A stretch of 64,000 nucleotides of DNA from a virus. Lineage: Duplodnaviria > Heunggongvirae > Uroviricota > Caudoviricetes. The DNA lies in IMG/VR virus record IMGVR_UViG_3300043024_000042; one strand, 5' to 3'. Of the stretch, positions 43,319 through 52,493 are shown in pieces. Made by a program: the position numbers and the translations under genes. Positions within the stretch are counted from its first letter, which is position 1. Each line of letters begins with the position of its first letter. The notes beneath the pieces were generated by a model. The model saw only the letters and a list, made by a program, of their open reading frames with translations, did no database searches and was not told the origin of the DNA.

Positions 43319-46011
43319 ATTCCTTTTGGTTTAGTGATTTTCTTTGCTTTAACGTCGAATATCATACGCATGATAAGAGCCTCGAAGAAGTCCGGCGAGT
43401 GTCCCACGAACTTTTTCATCTTATCCTTGCCGATGATGTAGAATCCCTTATCCACCTTGGACTCATCCTTGCGGACGCATTTTCGCTCCTTCATCAGGAC
43501 TTGTCTTAGCGGCATCTTCTCAAAACCCTTGCCCGAGAATTTCAGGTCGAGCAGCCTTGGGTTGATGGATATCTCCCTCTCGTAAATCTTCTTGGTAAAG
43601 AGATACGCGCACTGCGATTTTAGGTTGCCGTACAAGTTCTTCTCTTTCTCGTCGACAGCCTCTTGGTTGTTGAAGGGCACGGCTTTCTGAAACCATCCTT
43701 TAAGCGTCTGCCCCACACCCTGCAAGTCGTATGTGAAATGCTCGTCAGTGACACCCCACTCGGTGAGCTGCGCGCGTACCGCATTAACCGTATTCTTCGG
43801 GTCGAGTTTGAACACAGCGATGTCGGTTATATGCCAGCCGGTCCACAGCCACATGACGAGTGAGTCGCCTCCGTCGAAGGCTACGTCACACGACACCCGT
43901 TTTATCCCGTCGCCTATCATCTGCGCTTGTTCATACATCGCCTCGAGGTCGGTCATTTTAATCATATCGTCTCCAATGGCCTTGTAGTTCCAGTTACCCT
44001 CGAGGTCTCGCGCGCGCTGTTCCTCTCCCTGCTGGGCAAGGTTGGCCACATAGGACGGGTCGGAGGTAATGAGTTTTATATTCTCTTCCACGTTACCCTT
44101 GATGAACGTAGCGGACTTGATGAACATCTTCAACTTGTCAAAGCCGAGTTCACCATACGCAGGCTTCCAAAGTCTGTCGATGGTGTCCTTGCATTGCAGG
44201 TAAACCTCTTCCCGTGTGTTGCCCCAATAAATGCCGGATGGCGAATCTCCGTCCATGAAGCAATAGCGCACCACACCGCTCCGCTCTGGGATAGGCAGTC
44301 CGTCCTCTCCGATCCACCATGCGATGAAGCCTCTGACCCATGAGTCGGGGTCTGGGTTGCAGGTCCCGTATATTCTGTTACGGATGCCGTAAGCATTTCG
44401 GGAGTCCGTGATGATGTACTTGAACTTGTTATAGGGCATGTGTGTAATCTCGTCAATGCCGATATAGGGGTATTGCTTGCCCTGGAATCGCTTTTTGAAA
44501 TCCTCGTAGTCACCTTCATAGAACGTAAAGCGCAGGGAACCTCCTTTATAGAAGTTCCACGTCATATCATTCAGTGACTTGTTGTATGTGCCGAACTGCG
44601 AGTAAAGCAGGGGAGCATCTTTTGTCAGACTCTCCAAGTCACCCTTCTCGTTACGGAGGATGATAGCGTTGAAACGGGGATTGTAGATGTCTTTAAGCGT
44701 TTCCATGAGTAAGGAGAAGGAGTTATGCGTCACAATGAAATCATCAGTAATGTAAAGTGCATTAGGGTTGCTGACCGCTATACAACGACACTTCTCGTAA
44801 CCGACAAATTCATATCCAACAATTCTACGGCAAGGTATTGAAACATCACCGTTATACTCCTTGCATAGTTCCCTTTTCCGGCTCAGCCTGAACAGACGTT
44901 CTTTATTAGCAATTTTAATACATAGAGTATAGGCATCTTGACAGCGAATATATTCACCGTCCTTTTTATATCCAGCCTCATGCTTTATGATTGTTACAGA
45001 ACTTCCAATAGATTCAAGCATATATCGCATGTCATAAGCGAGCGTTTCGCTTACTGTCGTATATGTCAATCTTCCTTTAGATGAGCAACAACCATCCGTA
45101 TCCATCATACCTTGAATAAGAGCAATTCTTTCATCCAATGGAGCTGTTTTATAGTATGATGGGATAAATTTTGAATTGGAAACACATCCAATCAGTCCCA
45201 TTTCATATAGCTGATTATAAAGATCAGCACATTTAATGCGATAATCTTTTGCTTCACTTGCCTGCTTCTTATAAGACGAGTCCATAGATATCCCTGCTGA
45301 TACAAATTGGTTTACTATTTCTTCGTCAGCGGACGTGAATATGATTACACCATGTTCAGTAGCAATTTCAGAAACGCATCCATCACCTATTATAGCCCCA
45401 ATGACGTAAGGATTGATGGTTGGCGCCCATCCATTTACAGCGCGTGTAAACTTGATTGGCTCAGAAAGAGGAATGAGTAGATGTGAGTCATACTGCGACT
45501 TTTTTGCGTTTCCCTGATTGTCAAGAAAATCTTTAATCATTGAAAACGTCCAAGTTCGCCAATCCATTTCTTGGCCACCTCCATTATTCTTTCTCTTTTT
45601 CGTAATCAAATTGGTTCTTTTGATATTCCACAAGTGGTCCTCTGTGCAGTCTGTGAACGTGCCATCGGAGAATTTGAGCCGATAAATCGGCTTAACACCC
45701 CATTCGGTAATACAGATTACATTTTGAATACTACCCATTGTGTCGTTTATCATATCTCCGACACGCAAATCACCAATAGGCTTAAACCCGAAAGGTGTGC
45801 AGACCTTTGAGTAATAAGGTTGTGCTTTCGAGCAGCCCCGGGATCCGCCTACGATTACGATATCTGCGGACGACGACAAGAAAATTTCCTGACAGCCCCT
45901 TTGAGCGTAGTAAGCCGAAGGGGTTGCCTTGTTCATGTCCGCTTGGCGCATCTTATCCATGCACTCATAGGAAATCACTTTGTTTCCGTCTTTGTCTCTA
46001 ATGTCTATCAT
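43306..46011 (-). CDS. terL: terminase large subunit interrupted by an intein with a LAGLIDADG homing endonuclease
   Basis: Walker-A-like VIVGGSRG before the insert. After the insert: Walker B IGIDEITH and nuclease Asp motifs (CDVAFDGGDSLVMWLW). Insert carries GAIIGDGCV and IQGMMDTDGC (2x LAGLIDADG) and ends ..FIVTHN|S. Confidence 0.8.
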   Translation of the reverse strand: MIDIRDKDGNKVISYECMDKMRQADMNKATPSAYYAQRGCQEIFLSSSADIVIVGGSRGCSKAQPYYSKVCTPFGFKPIGDLRVGDMINDTMGSIQNVICITEWGVKPIYRLKFSDGTFTDCTEDHLWNIKRTNLITKKRKNNGGGQEMDWRTWTFSMIKDFLDNQGNAKKSQYDSHLLIPLSEPIKFTRAVNGWAPTINPYVIGAIIGDGCVSEIATEHGVIIFTSADEEIVNQFVSAGISMDSSYKKQASEAKDYRIKCADLYNQLYEMGLIGCVSNSKFIPSYYKTAPLDERIALIQGMMDTDGCCSSKGRLTYTTVSETLAYDMRYMLESIGSSVTIIKHEAGYKKDGEYIRCQDAYTLCIKIANKERLFRLSRKRELCKEYNGDVSIPCRRIVGYEFVGYEKCRCIAVSNPNALYITDDFIVTHNSFSLLMETLKDIYNPRFNAIILRNEKGDLESLTKDAPLLYSQFGTYNKSLNDMTWNFYKGGSLRFTFYEGDYEDFKKRFQGKQYPYIGIDEITHMPYNKFKYIITDSRNAYGIRNRIYGTCNPDPDSWVRGFIAWWIGEDGLPIPERSGVVRYCFMDGDSPSGIYWGNTREEVYLQCKDTIDRLWKPAYGELGFDKLKMFIKSATFIKGNVEENIKLITSDPSYVANLAQQGEEQRARDLEGNWNYKAIGDDMIKMTDLEAMYEQAQMIGDGIKRVSCDVAFDGGDSLVMWLWTGWHITDIAVFKLDPKNTVNAVRAQLTEWGVTDEHFTYDLQGVGQTLKGWFQKAVPFNNQEAVDEKEKNLYGNLKSQCAYLFTKKIYEREISINPRLLDLKFSGKGFEKMPLRQVLMKERKCVRKDESKVDKGFYIIGKDKMKKFVGHSPDFFEALIMRMIFDVKAKKITKPKGIWRI
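44722..45834 (-). mobile_element. intein, about 360-370 aa, with a LAGLIDADG homing-endonuclease domain
   Basis: N-terminal Cys (aa 60 or 71 of TerL), two LAGLIDADG motifs about 95 aa apart, C-terminal His-Asn followed by Ser. Exact N-junction uncertain. Confidence 0.55.
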
Positions 46012-46209
46012 AACAAACAGAGGCCCGCCTGCAAGCCATATACGACCTGCACGCGAGCCTCTTGGACTTCTTGATGATTAATGTACCCTGCAAATATAGC
46101 AATGTCTTAGTATTTAGCGAATAAAAATCAAATTATATCGAAATTTTTTCCGAAAATATTTGCCAATGTGCCATGACATTTATATGTTTGCCCTCGTAAT
46201 AATAACCTT

Positions 46210-46458
46210 ATGGCATACAGAGTAAAAGAAACCTTAACTACTCCTGAGTATATCAGGAAATACGGCCGGGAGCCGAAAACAGTACGATGCCCCTATTGCA
46301 GCCACAAACTCTTGGAGTTTGAGGAACCGATAAGGGGTATTGTGAGATTGAAGTGCAGACGATGCAGCCGTTCCTTGGAACTGACGTTTTACAACCCGCC
46401 TGCCTCATTCAATCCTCCCAAGGCCGTTGAGGATATCGGTCTTTCAACATCGGTATGA
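46210..46458 (+). CDS. small zinc-ribbon protein
   Basis: CPYCSH..(17)..CRRCSR: four Cys in two CxxC pairs. Confidence 0.4.
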   Translation: MAYRVKETLTTPEYIRKYGREPKTVRCPYCSHKLLEFEEPIRGIVRLKCRRCSRSLELTFYNPPASFNPPKAVEDIGLSTSV

Positions 46459-46526
46459 TGATATATTAAATCCAATTCGAGGAACTTCGCAGGAAGAGTG
46501 ACTGGGACGATTCAATCCTGCAACAT

Positions 46527-46599
46527 CGCGGAGTGGAGCAAATGGTAGCTCGTCGGTCTCATAAACCGAAGGTTATAGGTCCGAGTCCTATCCCCGCAA
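46527..46599 (+). tRNA. tRNA-Met (anticodon CAU), initiator-like with a C1-A72 mismatch; no encoded CCA
   Basis: Manual cloverleaf: U8; D arm GAGC/GCUC; anticodon stem UCGGU/ACCGA with loop CUCAUAA; 5-nt variable loop; T arm AUAGG-UCCGAGU-CCUAU. Acceptor stem has 5 of 7 pairs, with C1-A72 unpaired as in bacterial tRNA-fMet. Confidence 0.55.
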
Positions 46600-46695
46600 C
46601 TATATGGTGAAATTTTGAGACATCGAGAGGTCCGACAAGGTGAAACCCACCTTTGCCGGACTTCTCCTTTTTTGTTTAATCTAAACCCCTTTTCA

Positions 46696-47460
46696 ATGGA
46701 AAAAGAAACCCTTATTTCCGAATTAAAGACAAGACTGGGAGAAACCCCCTTGTCAGAGCGCACGATTACCGAGTATGCGGGTGCGATTTTAACGACGGTA
46801 CCCGATGGGGATGTCCCTGACACGTTTTGGGACATGCACAAGACGATTCTCGCCTCGATGGGAGGCCAGCTTAGAGCCGATAACAAGGCTGGAATCGACA
46901 GATTCAAGGCGGATTGGGACAAGAATCATCCTGCTCCCACTCCTACGGAACCCCCTACACCGCCCGCACCAACAACCCCTCCAACCCTCCCGAAGGGCGA
47001 TAATCTTGACGAGATCCGCAAGATGCTGGAGGAACAGAGTAAGGCGCACGCGAAACAGATGGAAGAGCTTCGCAAGCTCTATGACGACGGTCAGACCAAG
47101 TTCAACGACCTGCAAAAGCGTTACAACGAAGAGAAGCTTGCAGCGCAGCAGGCTGCCACCAAAAAAGCCATTACCGAGGCATTGCAGAAGAATGGCGAGG
47201 TGAACAACAGAGTGCTTGAACTTGCGCTCTCGCAGGTTGAACTGAAAGATGGAGAGACCATTGAGAAACTGACCGAAGCCACCAAAGCCATCTACGAAAA
47301 GGAGTTCAAGGCTTTCTACGGCGAAGGCGCGACTCCATTCAACGGACAAGGCGGCAGCGACCCCGATAACAGTGAAACGAAGAAGTACCTCGAAGCACTG
47401 AAAAAGAGGAATGAGGAAGAAGCCGCCAAGCGTGAAGCCCAAAGAAAGGCATTAAAGTAA
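46696..47460 (+). CDS. putative scaffolding protein
   Basis: ATG at 46696 (MEKETLISELK). Coiled-coil, Pro-rich linker, acidic and Lys-rich C-terminus. Located upstream of the capsid genes. Confidence 0.4.
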   Translation: MEKETLISELKTRLGETPLSERTITEYAGAILTTVPDGDVPDTFWDMHKTILASMGGQLRADNKAGIDRFKADWDKNHPAPTPTEPPTPPAPTTPPTLPKGDNLDEIRKMLEEQSKAHAKQMEELRKLYDDGQTKFNDLQKRYNEEKLAAQQAATKKAITEALQKNGEVNNRVLELALSQVELKDGETIEKLTEATKAIYEKEFKAFYGEGATPFNGQGGSDPDNSETKKYLEALKKRNEEEAAKREAQRKALK

Positions 47461-47490
47461 AAAGATTGTTTAATTCTAAAACTGACGCAA

Positions 47491-48141
47491 ATGTTAGCAT
47501 CTATGAATCAGAATACTTCCAGCGAGGCTAAGTTCGGTGGTAGTATCAAGGTGTTTGAGGGTCATACCAATGTCCTGACCGGCGGTTTTGAGTTCATCCT
47601 CGATGAACTGCCGGACAAGGGTAATGTACTGCCCATCGCCACCCCCGTTTATGCTGACGAGGAAACGCGCGTCATTCGTCCCACTTACACCTTCGCACTC
47701 GCAGAAGCAGCCGAAGAGACTGCTGTCGAGTACAAGATTAAGAAGGGTCCGGAAGGCTCGCGCATCAAGGTCGGTACTATCCTGATGGTAGCACCTGCAA
47801 GCGTGTCCGACAAGGGCACGGGTGTCAAGGTGTCTGCTGTGGATACGACCAACGCAGCATACGATGTGATTACTGTATCTGCCACTCTCGGTGTCAAGGA
47901 GGTTGGCGCAGTGTTAATTGAGGCCGATCAGGAAGGTGCGGAGGCAACTGTCAAGGTTGTCCCCAACGCTCTGTTGGATCGTGACGTTCGCAAGTTGCCC
48001 GATGCAACCCAGGTGAACGCTACCGCAGTGTTCTTCTCTGATATGCCCGTTTTGGAAAGACGCATCCCACCCATCCCCGACTGCTTGAAGAAGGCTTTGT
48101 TGGAGAGCGGCTGTTACCTGCGTTTCTCGAAGCGTAAATAA
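47491..48141 (+). CDS. structural protein, possibly capsid-associated or decoration
   Basis: Position between scaffold and major capsid. Gly/Val/Ala/Thr-rich beta-type composition. Confidence 0.35.
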   Translation: MLASMNQNTSSEAKFGGSIKVFEGHTNVLTGGFEFILDELPDKGNVLPIATPVYADEETRVIRPTYTFALAEAAEETAVEYKIKKGPEGSRIKVGTILMVAPASVSDKGTGVKVSAVDTTNAAYDVITVSATLGVKEVGAVLIEADQEGAEATVKVVPNALLDRDVRKLPDATQVNATAVFFSDMPVLERRIPPIPDCLKKALLESGCYLRFSKRK

Positions 48142-48158
48142 AGTAGGAGGACAGAATC

Positions 48159-49286
48159 ATGTTAAGAGATAAGTCTTTGTATTCGGACCTTGACCTCCGC
48201 AAGTATATTGATGCCGAACAGCTCGGTATCATTTCGGAGACAGCCAACGCGAAGTACAACAACACTGGTTGGCAAAACTACGCTGCATGGGGCGCACCGA
48301 GTAATTCGACCACATGGGCGCAGATTGTGAAGAATGAGGAAATCCTGGTTACAGCATCCTTGCTGGCCGTAGGCGCAAACAAGCCGCAGCGCTCTGCTTC
48401 GGGCTGGAGCACCTACACTGGCTCAATCCCCAAGATTGGTCACGGTATGTCACTGGAGGAAGCTGGCTTGATGGATATCCGTCAGGTGCAGGCCCTTACC
48501 GGTCAGCCCTACACCCAGCTGTTCCTCGAATCGTTGAACACCACGGTTGGCAACCTGCTCGGTGGTGTACACAACAAGTTGAACCGTTTCACTTACCAGG
48601 CACTCTCCACCGGTATCATCGACGAGACCGATAACGACGGTGTATCGTTCAAGATTGACTACCGCGTAAAGAACCATCAGGGTGTGCAGGAGAAGTGGTT
48701 TAACGAGGATGGCACTCCCAACGAGAAGGCCACTCCCGTTCAGGACCTGCTGGATTTTCAGCGGTGGGCCAAGAAAGCGCGTAACGCTATCTTTGACCAC
48801 TGGGAGGCCAGCGAGGAAGCGTATGATGCGTTCCTTACCCACCCCGATGTCATTGCCAAGACCGCTGTAAGAGTTAACGCTTACACTCCGGGCAACTACG
48901 TAATGACAGAGGCTGAGAAGCTGACAGCCCTGCACGAAATGGGTATCCTGCCCATCCGTGTGGTTGATGAGAAGTCCGCTCACGAAGAGGACGGTGTACC
49001 TGTTATTGATGAACCGTCGTTCAACAAGAACAACTGGGTACTGAGTTCACTGGGTAACATCTTCGAGATGAAGTGTGCCAACTCTCTGTATAAGGACCGT
49101 ATCGCCTACGGCTCTACCGGAGAGAACAACATCTACTCATTCGTTGATGGCCGCATCGCGGTACTCTCCACTTGGCAGGAGCGTCCTATCAAGAATATCA
49201 TTGACGTGGAACTTTGGGCATTGCCGGTTCTTAAGAACCCGAACAATATCTCAATCCTCCACACCAACACTTCGGAGATAGGATAG
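48159..49286 (+). CDS. putative major capsid protein (HK97-like)
   Basis: 375 aa, preceded by an AGGAGG site. Position and composition are typical of an MCP. No search was done. Confidence 0.5.
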   Translation: MLRDKSLYSDLDLRKYIDAEQLGIISETANAKYNNTGWQNYAAWGAPSNSTTWAQIVKNEEILVTASLLAVGANKPQRSASGWSTYTGSIPKIGHGMSLEEAGLMDIRQVQALTGQPYTQLFLESLNTTVGNLLGGVHNKLNRFTYQALSTGIIDETDNDGVSFKIDYRVKNHQGVQEKWFNEDGTPNEKATPVQDLLDFQRWAKKARNAIFDHWEASEEAYDAFLTHPDVIAKTAVRVNAYTPGNYVMTEAEKLTALHEMGILPIRVVDEKSAHEEDGVPVIDEPSFNKNNWVLSSLGNIFEMKCANSLYKDRIAYGSTGENNIYSFVDGRIAVLSTWQERPIKNIIDVELWALPVLKNPNNISILHTNTSEIG

Positions 49287-49292
49287 TAAGTC

Positions 49293-49700
49293 ATGGAAGC
49301 AACTGAGAAAGATACAAGCGAGGTACGCACGGCAGCTGATTACTGCCGTAGCGTAACCGCTGTGGAGGTCAAGGATGAAGCCATTCTCGATATCCTGCAT
49401 AATCGCGGTGTGGAGAAGGATGCGGACGCTACCGAACTGGATAAGAAAACGCGCGATTTGCTAAAGGCTGACGTATTCGTTTGGTGTCTGACCCTGCCGA
49501 CAACTTCTGCGCAGGTGAAGGATTCGGACGGAAACTGGAGCCATAGCGAGGGCGCGGTACACTTCTCCACGGAGGATAAAAAGATGCTCCGCAAGCTTGC
49601 CAACGAGATATATGCAATGTATGGAGAGAGCAAGGCTGCGACAAGCACCTTCCGTATCTACTCAGGCGGCTTCGGTAACATCAAACGACCACTGCGATGA
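49293..49700 (+). CDS. head-tail connector or completion protein, putative
   Basis: Gene order only. Confidence 0.35.
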   Translation: MEATEKDTSEVRTAADYCRSVTAVEVKDEAILDILHNRGVEKDADATELDKKTRDLLKADVFVWCLTLPTTSAQVKDSDGNWSHSEGAVHFSTEDKKMLRKLANEIYAMYGESKAATSTFRIYSGGFGNIKRPLR

Positions 49701-50062
49701 AGAACCCGAGATTTCCACATTGGATAGTGATCACCCGTGGGGTGGGAGACGAAGAGAATCCCAATCCCTTTGGCGGTGAACCCGAGAGAGAGACGATATA
49801 CGATGGCCCAGGCCGTTGTTATACCCGCAGCAATCTCGGCTCTGCCGGAGCGGTGCTTTCCAATGAGCAGGTGGTAGCCCTGCCGGTCCGATTGCAGGAC
49901 TGGACGGAGAAAGAGGTTGAGGATGGCGAGGCCAGACTGATACCTATCACGGGCGACTTGATTGAAGCAACTATGGGTGCGATGAAGGTGAGCGGTAGCC
50001 TGACCGATGTCAGACCGAACAATTTGGGAACTGATTTGATTTTCGATTATGTCCGAAACTGA
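49697..50062 (+). CDS. head-tail joining protein, putative
   Basis: Gene order only. Confidence 0.35.
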   Translation: MKNPRFPHWIVITRGVGDEENPNPFGGEPERETIYDGPGRCYTRSNLGSAGAVLSNEQVVALPVRLQDWTEKEVEDGEARLIPITGDLIEATMGAMKVSGSLTDVRPNNLGTDLIFDYVRN

Positions 50063-50663
50063 TATCAGAAGGGCCAATGAAGAGACATTGAAGCGTGCAT
50101 CGAGGCTTATCCAGCAGAAGTTGGATAATGCGATGTGCAAGTCAATACTCCCTAAAGCCGCAGAGTTCTTTGTACAAGGTTTTGCTTCCCTATGGGAAGA
50201 AAATGGCAATCCGTCATTGACGGGTAGCACCTTTACAAGTTTCTGTGTTGGCCTTTACCGCGACAGCACCCTTATCGGGTTTTATGGGATTTTGGATTTG
50301 GCTGGTGTAAACGAGCCGACCAACAATCCGGTAGATGTCGGAGAATATGGATTCTTTGATTATGATACCGGTGAGTTTATCGGTGATGAAGATGATCCTT
50401 CTGTTATGGATTACAACGCATCGGGGTTTGAATGGCAGAATCATAGTTACGAGAAGGGCCGAAACCAATCTCGTGCTTTCCTTAGTCAGTACAAGCCAAC
50501 CACGAAAGGTTATTCCTTGGTAGCGTGCGTGGGTACTGACTACTCCGCATGGCTTGAAAAGGTAAGAGGACTTGATATCCTGACAAGCGTCAGAACCTAT
50601 GCCGCGTCCAACGTCACTACCGCAGTGGTACAATATAAGAATCTGAACAATGGCAAGCTTTAA
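50049..50663 (+). CDS. structural protein, putative
   Basis: Gene order only. Confidence 0.35.
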   Translation: MSETDIRRANEETLKRASRLIQQKLDNAMCKSILPKAAEFFVQGFASLWEENGNPSLTGSTFTSFCVGLYRDSTLIGFYGILDLAGVNEPTNNPVDVGEYGFFDYDTGEFIGDEDDPSVMDYNASGFEWQNHSYEKGRNQSRAFLSQYKPTTKGYSLVACVGTDYSAWLEKVRGLDILTSVRTYAASNVTTAVVQYKNLNNGKL

Positions 50664-51045
50664 CATCCAAAAACCGTTGGAGTTCTTGTACAATCAGGCG
50701 AAAGCCATCAGCAAGAACGTGTTCGTGACAAACCGACCATCGAGCGTAAGCACTTCGATGAACGAGTTTGTAGTAGTATCCGTTCCGACGAGGATTCAGG
50801 AGCGTACCATCGGTTACGATGATTACGCACAGCAAACCACCGGGAGGATAATGATATTCGTGAGGGATTTGTCTAACAGCACGCAGAACGTCGCCAAGAC
50901 GCAGGAACTGCTTAATGCCGCCAAGACATTGTTCCCGATGAGTAACGAGGAAGTGAAATGTTACCGACCCACCGTTATCAACACGGGCAGTGATGATAAT
51001 GGGTTCCATACAATCACATTGCAATTCGATATTTTAATTGTCTGA
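50650..51045 (+). CDS. tail-completion or neck protein, putative
   Basis: Gene order only. Confidence 0.35.
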   Translation: MASFNIQKPLEFLYNQAKAISKNVFVTNRPSSVSTSMNEFVVVSVPTRIQERTIGYDDYAQQTTGRIMIFVRDLSNSTQNVAKTQELLNAAKTLFPMSNEEVKCYRPTVINTGSDDNGFHTITLQFDILIV

Positions 51046-51063
51046 TTTTAAATTCATACGACT

Positions 51064-51645
51064 ATGGCATTTTTGAAAAAGACAGACTTGAAGGACGTAT
51101 TCAACGGCCTCTCGTCTATTTACTTGAAGAAGGGTCCGTTAACCGATTTCAGCTCGGTATCTTTTGACATGGACCTGCCGGTCACAGTGGATACCTTGCA
51201 GATTTCTGCGTCTGACCCGACCTTGAACCGCACCAAAGTTCACGGTTTGTCCGCAGACTGGACTGTATCGTCCACCCCTGGCGAAATCACCTTCGCTGCC
51301 ACCATTCCTTCGGTCAGCAAGGAAATCGTATCGTATTTCCTTGGCGAGGCCAACGAGGTGTCGGCAAGTGTCACTGCCGATGGCGCTGCACAGACCTACA
51401 AGGGTGTCGCAGCCACTCTGAACAACGTCAAGCTGACTATCGGCTTGGGTCTGCTGTCAGAGGATAAGGAAAAGTTGATCCTCGTGAAGAAGTTGGTAGC
51501 CTACGCTTCTCCGCAGTACGAGAATGGTTCGACCACTCCGTTTGCGTTCAAGCTGACCGGTACCATCGAGGCAAGCGATGGCGACAGTACTGCTGACGAC
51601 GATATCGCTTTCCTGACCAAATCCACTGGCGAGGATAACGCATAA
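51064..51645 (+). CDS. putative major tail (tube) protein
   Basis: 193 aa, Ser/Thr/Ala-rich. Immediately upstream of the chaperone pair and tape-measure gene. Confidence 0.45.
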   Translation: MAFLKKTDLKDVFNGLSSIYLKKGPLTDFSSVSFDMDLPVTVDTLQISASDPTLNRTKVHGLSADWTVSSTPGEITFAATIPSVSKEIVSYFLGEANEVSASVTADGAAQTYKGVAATLNNVKLTIGLGLLSEDKEKLILVKKLVAYASPQYENGSTTPFAFKLTGTIEASDGDSTADDDIAFLTKSTGEDNA

Positions 51646-51727
51646 GCGATAAGGTAAGAACGATTGTTTTCTCTTTAGGGGCGGTGGTTTCGATAGGGCC
51701 GCTGCCCCTTCTTCTTTAATAAATTCT

Positions 51728-52198
51728 ATGGCAAAAGTAAAGAAACTCGAGCAACCTGACAATGATGCGCAGAAGTTGCTCAATGATATCGTGGAGGATA
51801 GTGTGGACGAGGTGATTATCCCCGGCACGAAGAAATCCTACTATATCTCGTGGCTAAAGCGTGGCACTATCCGCAAGATTACGGATATTACAAGCAAAGA
51901 CACCACGGGTGAGGATGATAAGATATCCTGCAAGGTGTCCGCAGCCATCATCCTTAACGGATATTGGCGGTTGAAGATGTGGTACTGGCTGCTTTGGCGA
52001 TGGCTGTATTACATCAAGCAGTACAACGATGAGCAGCTTGCTCCGCTCATTGAGACGGGTAAAAAAAAAGTTCCTGTGGACGCATTTTATCTGACTACCA
52101 TATCAGTGATAGGGATGAGGGACACGATGATGGCAATGACGAAAGCGGAAGTAGAGCGTATCCTTCAAGAACATCATACGGAGCAGCCCACGCGCTAA
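51728..52198 (+). CDS. tail assembly chaperone (G-like)
   Basis: Position between the major tail and tape-measure genes. Contains the A9 slippery run at 52061-52069. Confidence 0.5.
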   Translation: MAKVKKLEQPDNDAQKLLNDIVEDSVDEVIIPGTKKSYYISWLKRGTIRKITDITSKDTTGEDDKISCKVSAAIILNGYWRLKMWYWLLWRWLYYIKQYNDEQLAPLIETGKKKVPVDAFYLTTISVIGMRDTMMAMTKAEVERILQEHHTEQPTR

Positions 52199-52491
52199 GT
52201 AAGGAACACCCTTATTTAACAAGCCCTCTAATCCTTTTTTGCGGACTCCTTCAAATACCCATGTATGCCTATTACTGGGTTTATACAGCGGCTCAGATAG
52301 ACCTTATTTCCTGCGATGTGCCCTGCGTGGTTTACGACAAGGATAAGGCCGACAAGAAGCATACGAAGCGCGAGATGGACGATTTGACGAAGCGGTGGAA
52401 GGAGAAGAAGGAGCAGGAAAAGAAAGAGGGCAAGGAGATTGATTTTTCAAAGTTTGTCAACGCACCCGCAGGTGCTTTTCAAAATAGTTAA
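52058..52491 (+). other. candidate -1 programmed frameshift site (GGGTAAAAAAAAAG) and GT-like C-terminal extension, joining 51728.. to the 52261..52491 frame
   Basis: The -1 frame is open without any stop from 52069 to 52491 (64 codons before the annotated 52261 ATG). A classic A-AAA-AAG slippery heptamer. Confidence 0.45.
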
Positions 52492-52493
52492 AA

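Noticed and set aside
46512-46922. 136-aa minus-strand ORF overlapping the tRNA-Met and the scaffold gene start
   Set aside because: Overlaps a well-formed tRNA cloverleaf and the 5' end of a plus-strand structural gene. No start context.
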